Part shown: positions 57,901 to 64,000 of the stretch, piece after piece
Layout: every line of letters begins with the position of its first letter
How positions within the stretch are numbered: the first letter of the stretch is position 1
Source of the DNA: Aplysia californica
Taxonomy: Eukaryota
Length of the DNA: 64,000 nucleotides
Assembly (NCBI RefSeq): GCF_000002075.1
Contig: NW_004797720.1
Coordinates: 525,813-589,812 of the forward strand
Direction of reading: 5' to 3'
Notes under the pieces: generated by a model
Told to the model about the DNA's origin: nothing
Databases searched by the model: none
The model's input: only the letters and a program-made list of their open reading frames with translations
Translations under genes and position numbers: made by a program

Positions 57901-60900
57901 TTGGAAATTAGTCCAGGTCTATAAGTGATAAGGATAAAAATATGATGTAAAAACAATTTTCATTTAAAAAGAAAAAGAAAACATAGTGTCCCCACGCGGT
58001 AGAATCAGGCGCTTGTCAATTTTTGGGCATGTCAAGTCATTTATACTGTCTTAAAGTTTGTTCATTTTTCTTGTTTTCTGCTAAATCAATGATGCCCTTC
58101 TATCTTTAATAAAAGTCCAGATATTTGCGTTTGGAAAAGATGGGAGTCGCCTTGTTTCAGGGGTAAAATTGGCGGGAAAATGGTCGCCAAAGTTTGGTGA
58201 CTTACAAAGTTTGAGAGTCCGTGGAAAATGAACATTTATTAGCAATGACAATGAAAAATTAAATTTTCATCCAAATTGCTTAAAAATGGACTTAAATGAA
58301 AATAGAGTAAATTCTAAGAACTATGGTTTTTAAAAATTAAAAATCCATTGATAAATAAAAAAGTTATTGGGATTTTTGTTGGCAAAATGTTGGAGGACCT
58401 TCATATAGGAAAAAATCGCCAAAATGTGGGACATGTTTTGATGTATTTTGAGGAAAAACTGTTCATAAGTCAGTAATGAATTGGTGCATATGAATGAAAC
58501 TTGGCATCTCCATGTGATTTTTAGTGCCGAATCTAGTTCTGCTATCACTTTTTCGATGTCTTCATTACTTTGGATCTTAAAGACTGATATTTGCGTGAAA
58601 TTTGTTGAATTGCGTGACATCGTTTTTACCGCGACGCGATCACCCCTTCTAAAACTCAGTAAAGCGCTATCGGGAAAACCCGCGATGTAGTCATCGGTGA
58701 CCCATTTGGTTATAGGCAGCCAATCACATGCCGCCTAGCGATCACGCACCTCTTGCGTGCCGGCACCTCGCGTTTGGAATGCGCTATCATGTTTCTAGAT
58801 CTAGGGTTTTATCAATGGATGGGTGGTAATTTTAAGTTGGTACGTAAAATCTACTAAACGCAGAGATCTGAAATTTTACAGCAATAAAGAAGACATGTGG
58901 GGCGCTTGTGTGGTCGGCGATCAACCCGCAGCTCCGCTTAGTTTTCGAACCGCAGAGGAAATTCGCACAAACACGGCAATATCTCCGGTTCTAGTAATCG
59001 TTCGGGATTGTACGCTGGCATGTCGTTAGTTTAACCTTTCCTCTGGTTGGTTGCTGAGTTTCATTTATTTTCGTCCAGGAGTATTCACGTAACTAAACTT
59101 AGAAGAGAGTCACTTCTGATTCCGAGCGGCCCAAAAAATACCCCTCGCGCGGAGGCCAATTTCCGGCACAAGGCGCAGCCGGCGATTGGCATTGCTACAT
59201 TTATGTTTTCTTGTGACTTAAATTAACGTTTTGCAGTAAAACACAATGAAATGTGTTTTGATATGGACATAAAAGAGGTTGAAGAAAAAAAAAAAAAAAG
59301 AACAAAAATCAATCAAGATTGCCAAATCGTCGGAAAAATGTTTACTTCTTCGACTTCATTATTTTGACGAGCGCCTGATTTCACCAAGATGCCTCACAAT
59401 TTCTTCCTGCATCGTACCATTCTGGGCAGAAGCAGCAAGGATTTCCTCCTCCGTGAGCTCATCCAAGGACTGGCTGGAGATGAGATGCCTCCGCGAGGCT
59501 CTGTGAGGACTTCCACTCGGCGAGGACTCGTGGGACTTGGAGCTGCACGAGTTGCTGTCCGTGTCGGACGTCCCAGTACCGTGCGGCTGCTGGCCCCAGG
59601 CTTTCACAGGGATGCGATACTTGTCTGAAAGACATATAGGTGCCAAGATGTGTACTTCAACACATGAATACCTAAAAATACTTTGACACTTCAAACTACA
59701 ACAAAATGTAAGAAATGCTGACTACAAGAAATTTCGTATTTTCAAAAATACCTGTCCATCCCTGAAATACTGAAAGCAACATGAGATATCAGTATGAGAT
59801 ATGTATGGCTCTTTCTTAAAATTAAAAAGAATAATTTGACTCTTTTGAAAAAAAAACTTGACACAAAAAACAGAAAAAGAGTAACACTGAGATTTAGAAA
59901 AGTAAAGAAAATAATGTACTTAATTCACAACAGTGCCTTTTGCACTGAATCTATTCCTACTGAAATTTAAGATTTCTTACTCATACAGAAAGGGTCAAGT
60001 ATGCTATTTAACATTCACTCAAATGCCAGCTGAGCAAAACGATAAAACTTACCTTAAAAAATCTGTAATAAAAGGCTTAAAGGTGGAAATATGAAATGAC
60101 ACATCTTTGGACGAAGACGTTCGGAATTACCATTATGTTAAAAGAAAAAAGAAAAAACATTAATTAAATTTTAAAAAACAAGATAAATTTTAATGAACAA
60201 CAAAATCCTAGGATTCCTTGAGACGCTGAAAATCTGAAACTTCCCCAAAGAAGAACGAGAACCAACCTCTGCGGGGTGAAGTGGTGGGGGAGCCCTCTGG
60301 AGAGTGCAAAGGATCTGCCATAGAGCCATTGGAGTGGAAGCTTTCTTTCCGAATGCCCTCAGGGGAAGCTCTGAACAGACAACACAACATCCCATTTATA
60401 TGAATAGATAAAGTTCTTCTTGTATCTGGTGTTTATAGATAAAGTTCTTCTTGTATCTCGTGTTTATGAGATTACTTTACTTTACTTTTCCGATCCAGCG
60501 GCCATTTGGGTTCTAGCCCTTCGGTCTGATTTATGAGATTATTCTTCAAGTCTCACTAAAACACTTGCTCGAGAAGGTCAGCATAATAATTTAATTCTCA
60601 CCCCATGATATCCTCTACATTTCACAATGGTCTTTTTCGATAGACATTTAGAAACATGTTTTAGATGGCAGATTTCAAGTCAGAAAGCGAAAACCTGCTG
60701 CCTTTCCTTAGACAATCCAAGATCAAAAGTTGGATTAGTGGCAGTTCCTATCTGGACAAAGCAAAGCTGTCGTTCTGCTGTTTTGGCTGACCTTTCTGAA
60801 CTGAGACATGCTTTGTGGAAAAAAAACTGATTTACGGAAACCAAACAAGCTTACTCTATGAAATCACAACCACAACAAATAGATCCCCAAACAACTAGTA

Positions 60901-63900
60901 GATTAATTAGGTTCACTTTCAACAGATCAGCAAAAAAAAAAAAAATGCACTGAAACATACGAGAACGATGAGACCCATTTTTTATCTGCCACACCTTTCT
61001 GTGGTGTCAAACTGAAATGTCTGTTTCACAGCACCAGAAGTTATAATTCTTCTTACAAAATTACAACTTACACCATTTCATAAGCTTGCAGTAGCCAGTC
61101 TTATTTCCTTCCTGATCTGATCATACACAACCAGTCTGGCACAACATCATTTATAAGTTAAGTTCCAGTATAAATAAATCAGGCCACAAACAAATGTTTC
61201 TTTATTCCACAGAGAGATAAAGATAGGCACCAAATGCTGGGGACCCTTTTCTTCTACCTTTCTCTCTTAATAGAATACTTTGTTCTTTTTGTTTTAAAAG
61301 TAGATTGAAAAAAACGTGAACATGTCATTTATTATTATTATTATGAACAAAAACAAAAAGAATTACAATTCTACAAGACACATCAACACACTCTATGGAA
61401 CATTACAGCAACTGCAGCAAACCTGCACTTATCACTACATGGCCTTGGACAGAAGGGCGAGAGCCCAGCTGTTGCTGGATCGATAACATCAACAATAACA
61501 ACAAGACACATTGAGAGAAGGGCAAAACAAATTTGGTATTGTAAAATGACATGGCAATACACTGATAGATAACAACAATTTCACACTCGTCGCAAAACAA
61601 ATTATTTGATTAAGTTTGCAAACACGCTCACTTACTTCTGTCCATGTACGTAAGGCTCAAAGACAAAGACTTCTGGCTGCACATGCCGACTGCCTAGAGG
61701 CAGCCTCCGGATGTACTCTGCATACTGACTGCCCGGCTCATAGCTCTTGCTGCTGTCACTCAGAGTCTGGTACTGCACAGGTATGGGTGAGATCACGGTG
61801 TGATACAGCTGGAAGTATTCCACCGTTGCCTGGTGATCCATCGAAAATGATTTGTAATGTTTTACACCCCCCTCAACACAAGTTAAATCATTTACAAGGC
61901 ATGCTGCTTCCACCCAACCTCTCACGGCCAAACTGGGCTGAATTGGATACAACATCCCATCAGAAAGACAAAATAAAATAACTTGTCCATATGGGGCTCA
62001 AACCCACATCATCAGTAAGCAACGACAAAGAGCCTATTCATTACACAACAGACACAAGTACAGTCCCCTGACAATAACAAAACAGAAGCTTAATCGTTCA
62101 GAAAAATATGACTTTCTTATGGAGCATTTATGCAGGTTTTTCGGTGCTTTGATTTCTCACACACTAATACAGAACAACCCTGGACAGATTTCACTAAAGT
62201 CTTCTGTAATCCTCTTCAGTGTCCACCACATAATTCATCAGTAAAACCACATCCTTTAGAGCAGAAACAGAGCCTGCAATGAATACAAACTTTATTAATA
62301 AATAAACTTTTCCCTTAAACTATTTCAGTGACTGGCCTATTTTATGTTGCTGTATTGCCCAAGCAGAAATCAAAAATCCCTCCCCCCACCCCTACACAAT
62401 TCATGGGTACCCCATTCCCCACCAAGACATAAACAGGACATAAGGAATGGACTGAAACTCACAGACTGAATAACTTGATCACAAAGCTGAATCTGTTCCC
62501 TGATTCTGGCCAGTTGTTCTTTCTGAAGAGTAAAAATAACATTGCAATGTAATTACTTCAAGCCTTTACAAATTCACATCATTTTTACTTATTATCAGCT
62601 ACTCCTCTGGTAAAAATCCATTGCAATACATCATTTGTCCTATTTGAATTGGTCACAATTCACACAACTCCCACTGACATTTCAAAACAAAAGATGGGAA
62701 CAAAACATAAAATAGATCAAGATAACAGAGTCACAAACATTTGAAAAAGTAGATCACATTTATAAACCTGCTCAACAGCAAATACCAATTTCCTAGGGAA
62801 GGTTAAAGACAAAATTTTCACTCACAAACTTTCAAAAACACCAACAGCAGAATTTCTAAAAATCTTTATATTTGAATAAAACACACAATAAAATACAAAT
62901 ATCAGACGCGGAAGCGGCTCTCAAAATAATTGCCTGAAAATCTGAAGGGGCTTGAAGCCTAAGGGGGTCTGGGGGCATGCCCCCCTTGGAAAATTTGGAA
63001 AACTTAAGGCTTCTTAACAGCCATCTGGAGGCATTTTCAGCTTTTTGAAAAGTAAACTATCAGACCAAAAAGAATATCTATATTGTCTACTGAAAACATA
63101 CAGTAAATCAACTGGGTATCGCTTAGGCCTACTCAGATACTGAGCTCCACGAGCATCAGGATTGTGAGGCATCTTTTTGGGACAAAGAACCTAGATCTGG
63201 CTCCAATTCCACGCTTGTAAAGTCACGGCATCAATCACTGACTCAGTCACAATGAAACACACAAATAGATCTGGATCTAGTCGGAGTCAAAATTGAACAC
63301 TTAAACACAAGAAATAGTCATTACCTTCACTTTAAAAAGTTCTTGCTGTCGATAATTAGCCTCAGCAACGCAAGCTTTGTAAGTTGTTTCTGCTTCAGCC
63401 GCCTATTTCAACAAACATATGAAAAAAAAATTATAAACATAAAACAGGTAAATTCACATTGAAAACTGAAACTTTCAATACACCAACTTTCAAACATCAA
63501 TTTCTGAAAAGTAGTTAAAAGTATAACAACAACTTGTGCGATGTGACAGAAACCTAAAAATAACTATAGGAAACGGAGAAAAATAAGATAAGCAAAGGTC
63601 AAGGCATCTGATAACTTCCTCATACATTATTTTCGGCACAAAAATTTGATCCACACAAGGCATAAAGACAAACAGCAGCACCAGCTCCAGAAATGAATAC
63701 CTACAAAATATCTGTTTAGTGCAAGGTAGTAAAATATTTTTTTTAAAATAAGACACATTTTCACTCTATTTCAAAAGGAAGTCAGGAACTAGCAAGATAA
63801 AGAAAAATTAAAGTCCCCAACTTTTTTCACTCCTACCTTGTGCAAGGTTTCCTCCTCGGCCTTTCTCCTCTTTTCTACCTTCTCTCCATCTGCTTTTAGA

Positions 63901-63983
63901 GCCAGATCTCTTGCTCTCTCATGATCTTGCTGTCGGCTGTGGTACAGTGCTTGTGCTTTGCGTAGATTTGTAACCGAGTCAGA
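37371..63983 (-). CDS. F-BAR plus RhoGAP protein, ARHGAP45(HMHA1)/ARHGAP29(PARG1)/GMIP family, 5'-partial; 19 exons and ~1506 aa in window
   Basis: complement join(63983-63837,63402-63325,62522-62463,61829-61636,60370-60267,59624-59418,57556-57477,56506-56375,53669-53532,51944-51888,51279-51161,49447-49367,49022-48941,47775-47682,46576-46531,45914-45824,45181-45106,44312-44184,39976-37371) = 4521 nt, phase-consistent GT-AG. F-BAR: NLRKAQALY..AAEAETTYKACVAEAN..SSKSYEPGSQYA. GAP: FGVDF..VPPIVSKC..GIYRVSG (arginine finger), LKLYLRQLPEPL, NHMSASNLGIVFGPTLLRP. Confidence 0.92.
41604..41816. repeat. 21-bp minisatellite x10
   Basis: Unit ACTGCACAGCGGGCATGTTAA. Confidence 0.95.
44184..44312 (-). CDS. 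RhoGAP exon (GLELEWAESRLDEDDDPADLLLP..CIS)
   Basis: gccag| ... |gtact, 129 nt, phase 1-1. Confidence 0.8.
45106..45181 (-). CDS. RhoGAP exon (PCASEYLLPGSVSQELQDCQNLSVN)
   Basis: tgcag| ... |gtaat, 76 nt; needed to restore phase. Confidence 0.7.
45824..45914 (-). CDS. RhoGAP exon (SPDVSSQAESQAAVVV..TQ)
   Basis: atcag| ... |gtcag, 91 nt. Confidence 0.78.
46531..46576 (-). CDS. RhoGAP exon (GQHLADHAQMQKQKQ)
   Basis: ttcag| ... |gtgagt, 46 nt. Confidence 0.78.
46638..47171. mobile_element. TTAA-type MITE (degenerate)
   Basis: Right end CAGCAGTGAAAGGG|TTAA; inverted TTCACTGCTG near the left end. Confidence 0.55.
47682..47775 (-). CDS. RhoGAP exon (VIFGPSEDFQ..LMP), end of GAP domain
   Basis: cccag| ... 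|gtgag, 94 nt. Confidence 0.88.
48722..48940 (-). repeat. 21-bp minisatellite x~10 whose unit begins with the 5' splice site GTGAGT
   Basis: Minus-strand unit GTGAGTAGATACATTATGGCT, abutting exon 48941-49022. Confidence 0.95.
48941..49022 (-). CDS. RhoGAP exon (EGSASLASLVDTPHQTRAIDLLITNAH)
   Basis: ttcag| ... |gtgagt, 82 nt. Confidence 0.92.
49367..49447 (-). CDS. RhoGAP exon (VAAHADLNHMSASNLGIVFGPTLLRP)
   Basis: gcag| ... |gtgagt, 81 nt; GAP signature motif. Confidence 0.95.
49866..51044. mobile_element. Non-autonomous DNA transposon family C copy 1 (7-bp TSD)
   Basis: 13-bp TIR TAGCAATGCCAAT; TSD CATTTTC at 49859-49865 and 51045-51051. Confidence 0.9.
51161..51279 (-). CDS. RhoGAP exon (ENMSGQLLGDNLVAHLKTLVAKLPSSNLRTCAVLMHHLQ)
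   Basis: tccag| ... |gtggg, 119 nt. Confidence 0.92.
51594..51713 (+). mobile_element. SINE family A, 5'-truncated copy
   Basis: TSD AGAAATTCAA at 51584-51593 and 51714-51723. Confidence 0.88.
51888..51944 (-). CDS. RhoGAP exon (LPEPLLTFRLYSDFIHTAK)
   Basis: acag| ... |gtgag, 57 nt. Confidence 0.95.
52103..52148. repeat. (GAGT)n microsatellite
   Basis: Directly visible. Confidence 0.95.
53532..53669 (-). CDS. RhoGAP exon with catalytic arginine finger (GIYRVSG..LKLYLRQ)
   Basis: atag| ... |gtcag, 138 nt. Confidence 0.95.
55693..55842. repeat. ~48-bp tandem repeat x3
   Basis: CATCACAAGACCAT...TATGACCAAGACAGGACACATTACTT. Confidence 0.85.
56375..56506 (-). CDS. RhoGAP exon (HHRGRRNTTFGVDFQEQ..VPPIVSKCLMEIERRGVMIK)
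   Basis: ttcag| ... |gtatt, 132 nt. Confidence 0.95.
56558..56726 (-). mobile_element. 3' fragment of an RTE/RTE-X-like LINE inserted in a SINE tail
   Basis: Encodes HILQHCKTRRALRQETWPTPLTLQEKLYGPTDELSRTTQFM..* then a (GAA)n tail; TSD TATTTTAGCCAGT at 56545-56557 and 56727-56739. Confidence 0.82.
56727..56897 (-). mobile_element. SINE family A copy (older, host of the LINE fragment)
   Basis: Reverse consensus ending AACCACCCAC. Confidence 0.85.
57093..57272 (+). mobile_element. SINE family A, full-length copy
   Basis: TSD TAAGACGAACT at 57082-57092 and 57273-57283. Confidence 0.92.
57477..57556 (-). CDS. RhoGAP exon (GQEKRSQMKRTMTLGGEENLDIPGLLM)
   Basis: acag| ... |gtaat, 80 nt; phase-consistent. 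Confidence 0.85.
57618..57755 (-). mobile_element. SINE family A, degenerate copy
   Basis: TTTTAGTAAGAGTTTTATGGCACTTGCAA ... CAACCACCCAC. Confidence 0.75.
57985..59398. mobile_element. Family B DNA element copy 2, split by a family C insertion
   Basis: The two halves align by eye with 12123-12567. Confidence 0.75.
58240..59197. mobile_element. Non-autonomous DNA transposon family C copy 2 (7-bp TSD), inverted relative to copy 1
   Basis: TAGCAATGACAAT ... ATTGGCATTGCTA; TSD CATTTAT at 58233-58239 and 59198-59204. Confidence 0.9.
59418..59624 (-). CDS. RhoGAP gene exon (DKYRIPVKAWGQ..SSQSLDELTEEE..AQN)
   Basis: ttcag| ... |gtacg, 207 nt. Confidence 0.87.
60267..60370 (-). CDS. RhoGAP gene exon (ASPEGIRKESFHSNGS..SPRR)
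   Basis: ttcag| ... |gttgg, 104 nt. Confidence 0.85.
61636..61829 (-). CDS. RhoGAP gene exon, F-BAR end (ATVEYFQLYH..SSKSYEPGSQYAEYIRRL..FEPY)
   Basis: accag| ... |gtaag, 194 nt. Confidence 0.93.
62463..62522 (-). CDS. RhoGAP gene exon, F-BAR (KEQLARIREQIQLCDQVIQS)
   Basis: ttcag| ... |gtgag, 60 nt. Confidence 0.92.
63325..63402 (-). CDS. RhoGAP gene exon, F-BAR (AAEAETTYKACVAEANYRQQELFKVK)
   Basis: atag| ... |gtaat, 78 nt. Confidence 0.93.
63837..63983 (-). CDS. RhoGAP gene exon, F-BAR (SDSVTNLRKAQALYHSRQQDHERAR..EETLHK)
   Basis: aacag| ... |gtagg, 147 nt. Confidence 0.92.
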
Positions 63984-64000
63984 CTGTTCAGGGCAACAAC

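Noticed and set aside
52190-63220. Two GGGGTCTGGGGGCATGCCC motifs (52195, 62964) and a CpG-rich patch at 52530-53120 as regulatory sites
   Set aside because: They look like internal remnants of DNA transposons, and boundaries and TSDs could not be defined.

Overview
Eukaryotic (animal) genomic DNA: AT-rich, intron-rich, with two assembly gaps. The repeat and gene content suggests a mollusc or other lophotrochozoan, which is inference only. Two convergent multi-exon genes were reconstructed by hand from GT-AG junctions with consistent phases. (1) + strand, CDS 4608-23433, 17 coding exons, about 955 aa: a compact dystrophin-superfamily protein (dystrotelin/DAH-like). It begins directly with a complete WW domain, followed by EF-hands, a ZZ finger, one coiled-coil helix, a ~440-aa disordered insert and a dystrophin-type C-terminal helix; it has no actin-binding domain or spectrin rod. 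(2) - strand, 5'-partial, 63983-37371, 19 exons in the window, about 1506 aa: an F-BAR/RhoGAP of the ARHGAP45(HMHA1)/ARHGAP29(PARG1)/GMIP family. It apparently lacks the family's C1 domain and ends in a 2.6-kb Ser-rich last exon with a PRFV C-terminus. A possible third gene starts divergently at about 317 (-). Introns and UTRs carry about 10 copies of a SINE with no tRNA head and a covarying 3' stem-loop, one tRNA/Deu-domain SINE with the same tail, LINE fragments, several non-autonomous DNA transposons (6-, 7- and 8/9-bp TSDs and TTAA types, some nested) and many minisatellites, one of which is a tandem array of an exon's splice donor. No CRISPR, rRNA or bona fide tRNA gene was found. Novelty cannot be established without database searches.
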